Shown here one piece after another: positions 1 through 11,099 of a stretch of 64,000 bases of DNA. Every line of letters begins with the position of its first letter. Within the stretch, counting starts at the first letter, position 1. The translations under genes and the position numbers were made by a program. The notes beneath the pieces were generated by a model. That model was not told the origin of the DNA and searched no databases. It saw only the letters and a program-made list of their open reading frames with translations. Source of the DNA: Candidatus Latescibacterota bacterium (GTDB lineage Bacteria; Latescibacterota; UBA2968; UBA8231); the NCBI GenBank assembly GCA_965206595.1, contig OZ242214.1, forward strand, positions 4,448,001 through 4,512,000. Direction: 5' to 3'.

Positions 1-645
1 CCGCGTCGACGTTCCGGGGAGGGCGCCGGACAGCACGCGGGTGGCCGCCCCCTCGCCAATGCGGCAGGCGGTGCGCAGGCGCTCAAGCTCCTCGGGACCC
101 TTCACCATACGGATGAGAAGGATGAGGTTGGAGCAGTCCCTGATCACCGCCTCCGGCAGGCTCTCGCGGATCCCGGCGAGAGTGGCCGCAGGCAGGCTGC
201 CGCACTCGATGCCGATGCGGCCGTCGGCGAGGCCGCGGTCGGTCAGAGCTTCCGCCAGGGAGCCGACCGCGGTGGCCTCCGGGTCGAGAGCCCGCGCGAA
301 CTCGAGGAAATACTGCTGCCGCTCGTCGAGCGGGAGATCGGCCGGGGCCGGGTCGTCGAAGCCCCCTCCTCCGGCAGAGCGGACCTCACGCACCCAGGAA
401 TCGAGGGAGTTTGCCGCCAGCAGCGGCACCAGGACGAGGGCCGGCTCGCCGTGCCGGGGAAAGAGGGCGAACTGCTGCGTCAGCCCGGTGCCGGCGCCCG
501 GACGGGTCATGTACTCCTTGAACAGCTTGTCGAGCCAGCAGTAGTAGTCGCTGAAGTAGGTGATGTTGGTCGGGCTCGTCGCCACCAGGGCGTCGAGGCC
601 GCAACGGTCCATGTGCTCGATGGCGCGCTCGCGGTTGAACAGCAT
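1..645 (-). CDS. M24-family (Xaa-Pro) peptidase, N-terminal part; runs off window edge
   Basis: Manual translation from ATG at 645: MLFNRERAIEHMDRCGLDALVATSPTNITYFS...IRMVKGPEELERLR, typical creatinase-N/M24 pattern; open to position 1. Confidence 0.75.
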   Translation of the reverse strand, partial: MLFNRERAIEHMDRCGLDALVATSPTNITYFSDYYCWLDKLFKEYMTRPGAGTGLTQQFALFPRHGEPALVLVPLLAANSLDSWVREVRSAGGGGFDDPAPADLPLDERQQYFLEFARALDPEATAVGSLAEALTDRGLADGRIGIECGSLPAATLAGIRESLPEAVIRDCSNLILLIRMVKGPEELERLRTACRIGEGAATRVLSGALPGTSTR

Positions 646-662
646 GAGGTATGTACGAGCTC

Positions 663-1436
663 CTATCTGTAAGGTTCCATCGCTTTGTCCGCCGCGGCCT
701 GCAGCAGGTTGTACTCGCTCTGCCGCGTGCTGCCGAAGATCAGGCAGCCCCGCTTGCGTTCGCGCTCGTACGCCGCCCGGTCCTTCGGCATGATCGCCGG
801 CTCGACCGCCAGGCCGCGGGCGAGTGCGGCGGCGATCACCTTCTCCATGGCGGCGAGCACCTCGGGGTGCTCCCACTGCCCGTGAAGACCCATGGTCGCC
901 GCCAGATCCCCGGGGCCGAAGACGATCCCGTCCACCAGCTCGACCGCGAGGATGCTGTCGATGTTCGCCACCGCCAGGGCCGACTCGATCTTGGGGATCA
1001 CCAGCACCGCTTCGTTGGCCGCCTCGCAGTAGGCTGCTACGTCGCTGCTGTCGTAGCCGGCGTTGGCCCCCAGGGCAAGGCCGCGTTCCCCCGCAGGGGC
1101 GTACTTGCACCAGCGCACCAGCTCTTCCACCTGTTCCGGGGTATCGGCGTGCGACAGCACGATGCCGAGGGCGCCGGCGTCGAGCATGCGCGACACCAGG
1201 GCGCGTTCCGGGGCCACCACCGTCACCCAGGGGGCGAGCCCGTTGTCGCGGGCGATGACCAGGAAGTTGGTGAGGGTCTCCTCGTTGTGGACCACGTGCT
1301 CGGTGTCGACCATGAGGAAGTCGAAACCGGCGCGGGCGGCGATCTTGGCGACCGACGGGCGCAGCGATTCGAAGACGTTGAACCCGGCCGCGGGTTCGCC
1401 CCGTTTCCAGGCCTCTTTTACGGGATTGGCGATCAT
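663..1436 (-). CDS. HpcH/HpaI aldolase/citrate lyase family protein
   Basis: C-terminal part of ORF 663..3164: GFDFLMVDTEH, RMLDAGALGI, KIES, FGPGDL; ATG at 1436 directly follows the iolD stop. Confidence 0.85.
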   Translation of the reverse strand: MIANPVKEAWKRGEPAAGFNVFESLRPSVAKIAARAGFDFLMVDTEHVVHNEETLTNFLVIARDNGLAPWVTVVAPERALVSRMLDAGALGIVLSHADTPEQVEELVRWCKYAPAGERGLALGANAGYDSSDVAAYCEAANEAVLVIPKIESALAVANIDSILAVELVDGIVFGPGDLAATMGLHGQWEHPEVLAAMEKVIAAALARGLAVEPAIMPKDRAAYERERKRGCLIFGSTRQSEYNLLQAAADKAMEPYR

Positions 1437-1438
1437 GG

Positions 1439-3334
1439 TCAGTAGTGGAACCTCTGCTGCCTGCGGCGGTCGCGCTCGTACGCGGCGCGCAGCTCGCGCG
1501 CCTCGGAGTTGGAGCTCACCTCGGCGACCTCGACGTCCCACCACATGCCGGAAGGGGGCGGGAACCGATGCTTCTCGATCTCGGCGGCGATGACGCAGGG
1601 ACGGGTTTCGGCGCGCGCCTCCCTGAGAGCGGCGCGCAGCTCCTCCTCGGTTTCGACGCGCCAGGAGCGCGCCCCCATGCTGGCGCCGTTGCCGGCGAAG
1701 TCGAGGTCGAGGTAGGCGCCGGACAGGCGCCTCGTCTGCGGGTCGCGGGCGCGGAATTCGTTGCCGAAATCCCTCCCCGTGGTCGCCAGCTGCAGCCCCC
1801 TGATGCACTGGTACCCGTGGTTGTTCGAGACGATCACCGTGATCTTCAACCCCTCCTGGACCGCGGTGACGATCTCGGTCGGGGACATCAGGTAGGTGCC
1901 GTCGCCGACGAAGACGAACACCTCTCCCTGCGGCTGCGCCATGCGCACGCCGATGCCGGCGGGGATCTCGTACCCCATGCAGGAGTAGCCGAACTCGAGG
2001 TGGCAGTGCCTGCCGCCGGAGGTATCCCAGAGCTTGTGCAGGTCGCCGGGCTGGTTGCCCGCGGCCGAGATCACTGTGTCCCCCGGCTTCGCCTCCTCGT
2101 TGAGGATGCCGATCAGGTGGCCCTGGCTCATCGCCTCGCCGGGGACCTGGGTGTAGATCTCCTTCTGCTTCTGCTTCCGCCACGTCTCCCTCGCCGTGGC
2201 GATCTCCTCGACGTACGCGGCGTCCGGCCTGACCCCGGCCTCGGCGCAGGCATTCGAAAGGGCGCGCAACGCCTCGCGGACGTCGGCGACGATCGGCAGG
2301 GCTCCCTGCTTGCAGGCGTCGCGCCCGGCGACGTTGATGCCGATGAACTTCACCTGCGGATGGTGGAAGGCGGCCTGCGAACCGGTGGCGAAGTCGCTGA
2401 GGCGGGTGCCGGCGCAGATGACAAGGTCGGACTGGCCGATGATGCGGTACGCCGCGGGGTTGCCGCTGATGCCGAACGAGTGCAGGCAGAGCTCGGATTC
2501 TGCGGCCATGGCGCCGCGGCCGGCCAGGGTCTCCCCGACCGCCATGCCGGTCTGCCCGGCGAACTCCCGCAGTTCCCGGGAAGCGTCGGAGTAGTGGACC
2601 CCGCCCCCGGCGATGATCGCCGGCCGCCTGGCCGCCCTGATCATCTCCACGGCTTCGGCGATTCGCCGCGGCTCCGGGGGCCGGCGGTCGACGCGCCAGG
2701 TGCGCTCCTCGAAGAAGCGGACCGGGTAGTCCCAGGCGTGCGACTGGACGTCCTGGGGCAGCGACAGGGTGACGGCGCCGGTCTCGGCCGGGTCGAGGAG
2801 GACGCGCATCGCCTCGGGAAGCGCGGTCAGCAGCTGCTCGGGCCGCGTGATGCGGTCGAAGAATCGGCTCACCGGCCGGAAGCAGTCGTTGACGCTGACG
2901 TCGGCCGCGGTGGGGTTCTCGAGCTCCTGCAGCACCGTCCCCTGATGGCGGGTGGCGTAGTAGTCCGAGGGCAGCAGCAGCACCGGCAGCCTGTTGATGG
3001 TCGCCGTCGCCGCCCCGGTAACCATGTTGGTGGCCCCCGGACCGATGGATGAGGTGCAGGCCAGGGTCGCCAGGCGCCGGTTGGCCTTGGCGTACCCCGA
3101 CGCCGTGTGCACCATCGACTGCTCGTTGCAGGGCTGGTAGTAGGGCAGTCCGGTGCCGCCGCATTCCTCGAGCGCCTGGCCGAGGCCGGCGACGTTGCCG
3201 TGCCCGAAGATCCCGAACAGGGCCGGGACGAGGCGGCGGCGCTCCCCGTCCCGCTCACTGTACTGGACCTTCAGGTACTCGACGAGCGCCTGCGCCATGG
3301 TCAGGCGTCGGGTCTCGTGACCGTGGATGCTCAT
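1439..3334 (-). CDS. iolD: 3D-(3,5/4)-trihydroxycyclohexane-1,2-dione acylhydrolase (ThDP-dependent)
   Basis: RLTMAQALVEYL, IFGHGNVAGLGQAL, TSSIGPGATNM, HLEFGYSCMGYEI, GDGTYLM motifs; start MSIHG at 3334. Confidence 0.9.
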   Translation of the reverse strand: MSIHGHETRRLTMAQALVEYLKVQYSERDGERRRLVPALFGIFGHGNVAGLGQALEECGGTGLPYYQPCNEQSMVHTASGYAKANRRLATLACTSSIGPGATNMVTGAATATINRLPVLLLPSDYYATRHQGTVLQELENPTAADVSVNDCFRPVSRFFDRITRPEQLLTALPEAMRVLLDPAETGAVTLSLPQDVQSHAWDYPVRFFEERTWRVDRRPPEPRRIAEAVEMIRAARRPAIIAGGGVHYSDASRELREFAGQTGMAVGETLAGRGAMAAESELCLHSFGISGNPAAYRIIGQSDLVICAGTRLSDFATGSQAAFHHPQVKFIGINVAGRDACKQGALPIVADVREALRALSNACAEAGVRPDAAYVEEIATARETWRKQKQKEIYTQVPGEAMSQGHLIGILNEEAKPGDTVISAAGNQPGDLHKLWDTSGGRHCHLEFGYSCMGYEIPAGIGVRMAQPQGEVFVFVGDGTYLMSPTEIVTAVQEGLKITVIVSNNHGYQCIRGLQLATTGRDFGNEFRARDPQTRRLSGAYLDLDFAGNGASMGARSWRVETEEELRAALREARAETRPCVIAAEIEKHRFPPPSGMWWDVEVAEVSSNSEARELRAAYERDRRRQQRFHY

Positions 3335-3343
3335 GGCTTCTCT

Positions 3344-3463
3344 CCGTGCATCAATTTCATAGCTCGCCGTGCTCGCTTGGACTCGCGAACCTGCCGGGTT
3401 CGATGTGACCGCGGGCAACAGCGCGCCGTGCATCAATTCCATGGCCAGCCGTGCTCGCTTGGA
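3344..3463. repeat. Imperfect 38-bp direct repeat pair upstream of iolD
   Basis: CCGTGCATCAATTTCATAGCTCGCCGTGCTCGCTTGGA (3344-3381) vs CCGTGCATCAATTCCATGGCCAGCCGTGCTCGCTTGGA (3426-3463), 4 mismatches. Confidence 0.85.
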
Positions 3464-3510
3464 GCCTGGTCGCTGGCTTGTTGCACCTTCATGCCGATTC
3501 GCTGGCTCGC

Positions 3511-4688
3511 TTATCCGCCGATCCCGCGCACCGGTTCCCAGCTCTCGCTCTCCCAGGAGCGGGCGACGGCGTCCTGAACCTCGGCGACGGCCAGGGCATC
3601 GGCAAAACCCGGCTCCCCCTGACTGCCGGCGGCGATACTGTCGAGGAACTTGCCTGCCTCGATCGCCTTCAGATCGTCGTATCCCAGGCCGAGGGCGGGT
3701 CCCGGGGTGAAGCGCAGGTGGGACGGGTGCTCCGGGCCGCTAACGATGGTGACGAAGCCGTCGTGGCCGCCTTCCTCTTCTGGCAGGTAGACCTGCAGCT
3801 CGTTCATGCGCTCGAAGTCCCAGCGTATCGCCCCCCTGGTCCCGTGCACCTCGAATGCCATCTGGCACTTGAGACCGCTGATGATGCGGTCGACCTCGAA
3901 GCTGCCCTGGCGCCGTTGGCGAACCGCACCAGGGCCCCGGCGTAGTCTTCGTTGGTCACCTTCCCTTTTGGGCCGCCGCTACGCACCGAGAAGTGGGTGC
4001 CTTCGCCGGCCGCGGCCAGCGGCAGCGGGCGCTCGCCGATGAAGGTGGCGCGGTTGCCGACGACGCGGTCGATCGGACCCGCCAGCGAGTGCGCCATGTC
4101 GATGACGTGCGACATCAGGTCCCCGAGGGCGCCGAGGCCGGCGTGCTCCTGCTGGAAACGCCAGGAGAGGACGGCGTCCGGGTTGCTGGCGTAGCCCACG
4201 AGGAAACGGCCGCGGTAGTGGGTGAGGTCGCCGAGCCTGCCGTCGCGGATGAGCCGGCGGGAGTGCTGCACCAGCGGCGCCCAGCGGTAGTTGTAGCCGA
4301 CGAAGGTCAGAACCCCGGCCTCCCTTGCCGCCGCTTCGATGCGGGCCGTCTCCCGGGGACCGCGCCCCACCGGTTTCTCGCAGAAGAGATGCTTGCCGGC
4401 CGCAGCGCAGGCCTCGACGATTTCGAGGTGGCGGTCGTTCGGAGTGGCGATGTTGACGACGGCGACCTCGGGATCGTCGACCACCTCCCGCCAATCCGTG
4501 GTGCTGCCAGCGAAGCCGAAGCGCTGTTGCGCCTCGCGGGCGCGGCTCTCGACATCGTCGGCGCAGACCACCAGCCGGGGTTGGAGCTCGCTGTCCCAGA
4601 AGCGGTCGGCGACGGTGCGGTAGGAGCGGCTGTGGACCTGGCCCATCCACCCCATTCCTATTACCCCGATGCCTGCGGTTCGAGCCAT
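3511..4688 (-). pseudogene. Gfo/Idh/MocA oxidoreductase (inositol dehydrogenase-like), frameshifted near 3905
   Basis: [20 protein letters not shown] in ORF 3804..4694; C-terminus continues in ORF 3511..3861; one extra G in a G-run restores NGARGSFEVDR (could be a sequencing error). Confidence 0.8.
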
Positions 4689-5265
4689 GGTCAAGTCCTT
4701 CGTTGCGAACCGCAGAAGGTATCCGGGCTGCCGGGGCGGGACAAGCGGAGACCGGGCGAATGGCCGGTACTCCGCCGGTGTCGGCTGATCGGGGGGCCAT
4801 CCCGGCTGTGCCAGCTTGACTATTCCCAGTACGGTTGGTAGCGTTAAATGGTTCTGTTCGTTGTGCTTTCCCCCACGTTCTCACCCGTCACCTCCCTTTG
4901 CACCGCTCGTCCATTCCGCACCCAGCAGTTCAGTATCTTCCCGTGCAGGTTCTGTACGGTTAGAGGTCTGGGCACGGAAGCATCGCCAGGCATCGAGCGA
5001 GCTTCATCCGCCAAGCCCTCGCCACGTCACCACCACACAAGCGGCGTTTTGACCAGCGACCATACTGCCGGCATCCGGCCATCGACCTTTCGGCAGCCCT
5101 TGCACCATGTATGACACCGCGGCAGGACGCCGGGTTGCAGGCAGCCGGCCGTTACGGTGTTCGGCAAGGGGAAAGGCCCGCAGCCGCGGGCCTGAAGACC
5201 GCCATCGGCGGCTGCCCCCCGACACTCCAGTTAACAAATACGTCGAATCTGTAACAGGAGGAATC

Positions 5266-7038
5266 ATGCCAATACGGATTTTTGCACTCGCTCTCGCCCT
5301 GATTCTTCACGGGTCGACAGGACCTGGCCTGGCCCAGGACGAAGAGGAACTGCAGAGACTGGTCGAGGAGGGAGAGCTGGAAGAAGCTGAGCTGCAGCAG
5401 CTCCCCGGAACCGAACTGAGGGAGCTGGGGCAGGATCTGGTTTCCGGAAAGATCCGACTGCCCAGCGGGGAGAAAGTGGAAAAGCTGCGTATCAGCCAGG
5501 ACCGCGAAGTCGATCCGGAGACCTATGTCGTCGGCCCCGGCGACGTGATGCAGCTCTACATCTGGGGCGAGTTCGACCTCTCCTACATGCTTCAGGTCGA
5601 CCCCGTCGGCAACGTCATCATTCCCACTGTCGGCGCTTTCGAGGTCTCGGGAATGTTCCTGTCCGAGGTGAAGGAACGGATCCTCGCCACGTCGCGGGGC
5701 AAGTACCCCGGCGTCGACATCACCCTCACCCTGGCGAGCATGCGCTTCTTCACCGCCTACGTCACCGGCGCCGTGCTGCAGGAAGGCAGCTACACCATCC
5801 ACCCGACCACGCGGGTTTCCGACATGATCGAGCGGGCCGGGGGGTTCACCGACGAGCTGAGGGGCACCAGCTTCCAGGACGAGGTGGGCGGCAAGCAGGT
5901 CACCCGCGTGCGCCAGATCATCGAACAGACCACCGGACGGCGCTCGATCAAGCTGATCCATCTGGACGGCAGGGTCGATCTCGTCGATCTCGACATGTTC
6001 CTCTCCACAGGCAAAATCGCGCACAACCCCTACGTGCGCATGGGAGACGTAGTCCACGTCGGCTACCGCGACGCCTCGGTGTTCATCTTCGGCGCCGTCA
6101 ACCTGGAGGGGGAGCAGGAGTTCCGGCCCGGTGACAGGATCGAGGACCTGGTGAACCTCGCCAAGGGGCTGCGTCGGGACGCCCCCCTGGTCAGGGCGGA
6201 GCTGTGGCGCTTCCGCGAAGGCACCGAGGAGGCCGAGGTCATCGAGCTGGGCAGCAACGAGGAGGGGAAAGCGGGGTTCGTGTACGGAGATATTCGCGAC
6301 GTGCCCCTTCAAGCCAACGACATGGTGTTCATCCGCGCGCGGACGCAGTGGCAGCTCATGCCGACGACGATGGTCGTCGGCCAGGTCAAGTACCGGGGCC
6401 GTTACCGCATCTACCCGGGGATCACCCGGATCAAGGACGTGCTGGCGATGGCAGGCGGCCTCACCGATGAGGCCTCGCTGATCGGCGCCAAGGTGATCCG
6501 CACCAAGATGCGCAGCCAGATCGACCCCGAGCTGGATCGGTTGCGCAGCCTGCGGGCGGTGACCGGGCTGGCCGACATGAGCGACGAAGACCGGGCCTAT
6601 CTCAAGACCAAGGGCCGTGAGGAGAAGGGGCGGGCAGCGGTCGATTTCGAGCGCCTGTTCCTGGAAGACGACGAGGAGCAGAACGTCACGCTCGAGGGCG
6701 GCGACGTCATCTACATACCCGCACGACGGCGGACCATCAGCGTCAGCGGGCAGGTCCAGAAGCCGGGCTTGATCGATTTCGAACCGGAGGGCGACGTTCG
6801 CTATTACATGGAAAAGGCCGGTGGCTACACATACGACGCCGACAAGGGAGGTGCCCGTCTGATCCGCGCACGCACCAGTATCCGGGAAGAGCTTAAAAAT
6901 GATCTTCTGGTCGAAGCCGGCGACGAGATCTGGGTACCGCAGAAGAAGCGAGTCAACTACTGGGAATTCACCCAGGCGACCATGCGCACCATAGCCGAGA
7001 CCCTGACCCTGGTGGTCCTGGTCCGGTCATTCAAGTAA
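5266..7038 (+). CDS. Polysaccharide export protein, Poly_export + SLBB repeats (Wza/KpsD-like)
   Basis: AGGAGG RBS before ATG 5266, signal peptide, YVVGPGDVMQLYIWG, repeated V.G.V..PG SLBB motifs. Confidence 0.85.
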   Translation: MPIRIFALALALILHGSTGPGLAQDEEELQRLVEEGELEEAELQQLPGTELRELGQDLVSGKIRLPSGEKVEKLRISQDREVDPETYVVGPGDVMQLYIWGEFDLSYMLQVDPVGNVIIPTVGAFEVSGMFLSEVKERILATSRGKYPGVDITLTLASMRFFTAYVTGAVLQEGSYTIHPTTRVSDMIERAGGFTDELRGTSFQDEVGGKQVTRVRQIIEQTTGRRSIKLIHLDGRVDLVDLDMFLSTGKIAHNPYVRMGDVVHVGYRDASVFIFGAVNLEGEQEFRPGDRIEDLVNLAKGLRRDAPLVRAELWRFREGTEEAEVIELGSNEEGKAGFVYGDIRDVPLQANDMVFIRARTQWQLMPTTMVVGQVKYRGRYRIYPGITRIKDVLAMAGGLTDEASLIGAKVIRTKMRSQIDPELDRLRSLRAVTGLADMSDEDRAYLKTKGREEKGRAAVDFERLFLEDDEEQNVTLEGGDVIYIPARRRTISVSGQVQKPGLIDFEPEGDVRYYMEKAGGYTYDADKGGARLIRARTSIREELKNDLLVEAGDEIWVPQKKRVNYWEFTQATMRTIAETLTLVVLVRSFK

Positions 7039-7083
7039 CCCCGCCTGCCTCCCGGCGTAGATACACACAAGAAAGCACTCGCA

Positions 7084-8271
7084 ATGGAAATAGAAAGAAA
7101 AGACACCGATATACTCGACCTGCTGGCCGCGCTGCACGCCGGCCGGAAAATGATTGTCGGAGGCACCCTGGGTATGTGCGTCCTGGCCGGGACGCTCAGC
7201 TTCCTGGTGCCCAAGGAGTACGAGGCGATTGCGCAGATTCTGCCGCCAAAGGAACAAAAACAGGGGTTCGGCTTTTCCGACCTGCTTTCGGCGCTGCCGA
7301 TCCCGACCTTGCGCCTTGGAGAAAAGGGCACTCCGGCCGACATCTTCATCGCCACGTTGATCAGCCAGAAAACGCGTCGCAATATTGTAGGGGAGTTCGA
7401 CCTTCTGCAGCGCTACGATGCCGAAACCATGACCGATGCGGTCGAGATCCTCGCGGCAAAAACCTCGGTCGACAAGACCGAAGAGGGCACCATCCAGATC
7501 TCGGTGCTCGACCAGGACCCACAGAAGGCCGCCGACATGGCCACCCATTACATCGAGGTACTCGACATAACCAACAAGCAGATCTCCCAGAAGACCGCAT
7601 CCGAGCGCCTCGACTTCATCCGCAAGCTTCTGAAGGAGGAGGACGCCAAGCTCGAGGAGAAGATGGAGCGGCTGGTGGAGTTCCAGTCGGAGTACAACGC
7701 CATCTCCATCGAGGACCAGGCGCGCGCGGTTATCGGGGCCGCGGCGGGGATGCAGACCAAAGCCATGGAGCTGGAGATCGTCCGCCGGGGGTTGATCCTC
7801 TCCGGACTCGACGCCGGACACGACAGGGTGAAAAAACTCCAGCAGGAGATCGCGCTGCGTGAGGAGATGATGGTCACGTTGCGGGACGGGCTCAAGGCCG
7901 ACGGGGACGACCTGCTCCGCAACAAGACGCTGCAGCTGGACGAAAACCTCTTCCTGCCGCTGAAGCAGATCCCGAGGGTCGCCCAGGAGTTCGCGACCCG
8001 GGAAAAGGACGTGCTGGTGCAGAAAGCCCTGCTGCAGCTCCTGCTGCAGCAGGAGGCCGAGGCGCTGATCGAGGCCAAGAACACGACTTCGACGGTGCAG
8101 GTACTCGATCCGGCGGTGCCGCCGGAGATCAAGGCCAGGCCGCGGCGGCTGCTCATCATCCTCATTACCGGAGTGCTCAGCCTCTTCGCCTCACTCAGCT
8201 ATACGCTGGGGATGGTGTACGTGCGCGATATCCAGAAGCGCTGGCGCGAAGAGCGACGGGCAACCGCCTGA
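7084..8271 (+). CDS. Wzz/GNVR-type polysaccharide chain-length determinant
   Basis: Two TM helices flanking a coiled coil; VQVLDPAVPPEIKARPRR motif. Confidence 0.85.
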   Translation: MEIERKDTDILDLLAALHAGRKMIVGGTLGMCVLAGTLSFLVPKEYEAIAQILPPKEQKQGFGFSDLLSALPIPTLRLGEKGTPADIFIATLISQKTRRNIVGEFDLLQRYDAETMTDAVEILAAKTSVDKTEEGTIQISVLDQDPQKAADMATHYIEVLDITNKQISQKTASERLDFIRKLLKEEDAKLEEKMERLVEFQSEYNAISIEDQARAVIGAAAGMQTKAMELEIVRRGLILSGLDAGHDRVKKLQQEIALREEMMVTLRDGLKADGDDLLRNKTLQLDENLFLPLKQIPRVAQEFATREKDVLVQKALLQLLLQQEAEALIEAKNTTSTVQVLDPAVPPEIKARPRRLLIILITGVLSLFASLSYTLGMVYVRDIQKRWREERRATA

Positions 8272-8331
8272 GGATCTGCAACCCGTCCTTGACCGCGCCG
8301 CTCCGCCGCAGAAAGGCTACGCTGCAAGCCT

Positions 8332-9486
8332 TTACGACTGCTCCCTGCCGACCGGCTGCCAGACCCGGTGGCGGCGGCCGCTCAGGAAGTGCAGAAGTCC
8401 CTGCAAAGCACCCCAGTTGGTGGCGCAGAAATAGGCGGGAATGTAGAACAGCCAGGTCCGCCCGAGCCGCTCCGGCAGCGCCATTCCCAGCAGCGCCAAG
8501 CCGTAAAAACCACCCTGCAGGGCCAGCAGGACGCGATAAATCCCACCTTCCTCTGACAGAAGTAGATTCAGGGCGAGTGCGGCCAGAAGAAACACCGGCA
8601 CCAGCCAGCGCAGCAGCTTGTGCGACGCCACCTGAAAGGCGAAAAGGAGATGGGCTGCCGGGTTGAGCACCCCGCGCTGGGTCCAGAGACCGTACAGGGA
8701 CCGCGAGACGATGCGGCGGCGGCGGCGGCGCTCGTCGACGAAGGTGCCTGGGCTGACTTCGGTGGCCACTGCCAGCGGCGCATAAACCACCCGGTAGCCC
8801 TGACGCCAGACGCGGATCGGCATGATGAAGTCGCTGATGATGTCGCTGTCCAGCACCTCGAAGCAGCCGCGCCGTAGGGCGTAAATCGCCCCGTTGGCCC
8901 CCAGGGCGGAGCTGAGCATGCTCTCCCTGAGCTTGAGGAACTGCTCGTAGCGCCAGTAGACCCCCTCCCCCTTGCCCGCCCCTCCCTCTCCGGGGTTGGC
9001 GTATTGCAGCTCGCCGCAGACACACCCGACCCCGGGGTCGGCGAACGGGGCCAGGAGCTGCTTGAGGGCGTCGGGAGCGTACATGCTGTTGGCGTCCGAA
9101 AACACCAGGTAATCCCCCCGCGCAAGCTCCACCCCCGCGTTCTGCGCGGCGGTCTTGCCGCTGCGCTCCTGCATCCTGTAAAGGCGCACCCCGCGCTCGG
9201 CGAATTCGGAGGCGATGCGGTCCGTGCCGTCGGTGGAGGCGTCCGAGACCACGACGACGTCCAGCTTGTCCGCAGGGTAGTCGATGTCCAGGGTATTTTC
9301 CAGCTTGGCTCGCAGCACTGTCTCTTCATTGTAGGCGGCGATGACGATCGCCACCCCGGGCCACTCCTCCGGCGGGGCGTACCCCGGAGCTCGGCGCCCC
9401 ACCGTCAGGAGGTAGAGCAGGACGGGGTAGATCAGGTAGGTGTGGGCGACGAGAACCACGGCCGCCCAGAAAGCCACTACGAGCAT
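8332..9486 (-). CDS. Glycosyltransferase family 2
   Basis: IAAYNEE, SDASTDGT, FSDAN, GANGAIYA, RRRRI motifs. Confidence 0.9.
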   Translation of the reverse strand: MLVVAFWAAVVLVAHTYLIYPVLLYLLTVGRRAPGYAPPEEWPGVAIVIAAYNEETVLRAKLENTLDIDYPADKLDVVVVSDASTDGTDRIASEFAERGVRLYRMQERSGKTAAQNAGVELARGDYLVFSDANSMYAPDALKQLLAPFADPGVGCVCGELQYANPGEGGAGKGEGVYWRYEQFLKLRESMLSSALGANGAIYALRRGCFEVLDSDIISDFIMPIRVWRQGYRVVYAPLAVATEVSPGTFVDERRRRRRIVSRSLYGLWTQRGVLNPAAHLLFAFQVASHKLLRWLVPVFLLAALALNLLLSEEGGIYRVLLALQGGFYGLALLGMALPERLGRTWLFYIPAYFCATNWGALQGLLHFLSGRRHRVWQPVGREQS

Positions 9487-9647
9487 CCAGGTTGCAGGAG
9501 TGAGGGGGAAAAACAAGGTCGGGGGGGGTATCCATCCTATTATCTTTGCCGACTGCAGTTATCGCAACCGTTCGGTTTCCCTGCCAATGGTCCAGGGAGC
9601 TATGGTAGAAGAGCAGGAAACCGAACGGCAAATCCTGGCGGATCCTC

Positions 9648-10763
9648 ATGCCAAGCGTCGTTCACCTGACCACCGTTCACGACCCTTTCGACAGCCGCGT
9701 CTTCCACCGGGAGTGCAAAACTCTGACCGAGGCCGGTTACGACGTCGTGCTGTTGGCCCCCGGAGGGGCCAACTCCATTGTCGACGGCATTGAGGTAGGG
9801 GGGCTGCCCCGATGCGACAACCGCATCCTGCGCATGAGCCTGGGGGTCGGGCGCACCCTCCTCAAGGCCCTGGAAAAGCGAGCCGACCTTTATCACTTCC
9901 ACGACCCGGAGCTGATCCCCGCCGGCCTGCTGTTGCGGCTTCTGGGCAAGCGCGTGATCTACGACATCCACGAGGACAACCGCACCGCGCTCGCGGAGCG
10001 GGAGTACCTTCCCTCCCCGCTACGGGCCCTGGCAGCCAGGCTCCTCTCCTGGGTCGAAGAGAGCAGCAGCCGTCACTTCCACCTCGTCCTGGCCGAGCGC
10101 TATTACGCCGAGCGCTTCCCTCGAGGCGAAACGATCCTCAACTACGCCCGCTTCCCCGTTCTGCAAGAAGACCGGCTGGAGGCTCGTCCCCGGGCCGATC
10201 ATCCGCGGCTCATATACACCGGGAACGTCAAACCCTACCGCGGGGCCCACCGCCACGCCGAGCTCCTGCAGCATCTGCCCGAGGCGGAGCTGCTCCTGGT
10301 CGGCCGCTGCGACCCGGAGTTGGCGGCCGAGCTGCAGGCCGGGTCCGACCGGAAGCGCCTCCACTTCGAAGGGGTGGGCGCCTACGTCCCCCACCAGCGT
10401 ATTGTCTCGCACTACCTCCGCGAGTGCTGGACCGCCGGTCTCGCCCTGTTTCCCCCGAGCCGGCACACCCGGCGCAAGGAGCTGACCAAGATCTTCGAGT
10501 ACATGGCTTTCGGCATTCCCGTGCTCTGCGCCGACTTCCCCAACCTGCGCGAGATCGTGGAAGGGGCCGAATGCGGAATCTGCGTCGATCCTGAAAACGG
10601 AGTGGCTGCCGCGGAGGCGGTGCGCTATTTGTGGGAACATCCGGAGGCGGCAAGGCGGATGGGAGAAAATGGACGGGAGGCGGCGCGGACGACGTACAAC
10701 TGGGACACTCAGGCGGACAAGCTGCTGCGCCTTTACGATACCATCCTGAATCCCAATCCCTAA
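9648..10763 (+). CDS. Glycosyltransferase family 4
   Basis: HLTTVHDPFDSRVF, YHFHDPEL, KIFEYMAFGIPV. Confidence 0.9.
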   Translation: MPSVVHLTTVHDPFDSRVFHRECKTLTEAGYDVVLLAPGGANSIVDGIEVGGLPRCDNRILRMSLGVGRTLLKALEKRADLYHFHDPELIPAGLLLRLLGKRVIYDIHEDNRTALAEREYLPSPLRALAARLLSWVEESSSRHFHLVLAERYYAERFPRGETILNYARFPVLQEDRLEARPRADHPRLIYTGNVKPYRGAHRHAELLQHLPEAELLLVGRCDPELAAELQAGSDRKRLHFEGVGAYVPHQRIVSHYLRECWTAGLALFPPSRHTRRKELTKIFEYMAFGIPVLCADFPNLREIVEGAECGICVDPENGVAAAEAVRYLWEHPEAARRMGENGREAARTTYNWDTQADKLLRLYDTILNPNP

Positions 10764-11099
10764 TGAGGCTGAATACAGGGTGCTGCGCCGTTTGCGCTGC
10801 CATTCCGTTTTCAGACTGTATTGACTTACTTTGGAGGAAGGGCGGTGAAAAACCAAGCGGGTAAAACATGCAACGATGGAGCAACCTTCTATGCGGTACG
10901 CGGTACCGTTTGACCAACCATCTGCCGAAACCCCCGGGCTGAGGACGCTGGAAGTACAGGCGGAGAATAGCTCCGTTGGTCGATCACCGGATGGCTCACC
11001 GGCGCTGACCTTTCTGGAACGGCCGGGCCCCCCTTTGATTTTTTCGAAAGTTTCTCCTGGCGGTTGATTCATGCACTGCTGATTCCGGCTTTCTGACAG

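Noticed and set aside
663-3164. 833-aa ORF
   Set aside because: Off-frame shadow of iolD; only the last 257 aa are the aldolase
3861-3910. Programmed frameshift in the oxidoreductase (and at 38940, 55222)
   Set aside because: Short indels, at homopolymers in two of the three cases, with no clear slippery site plus stimulator; sequencing error or decay is more likely
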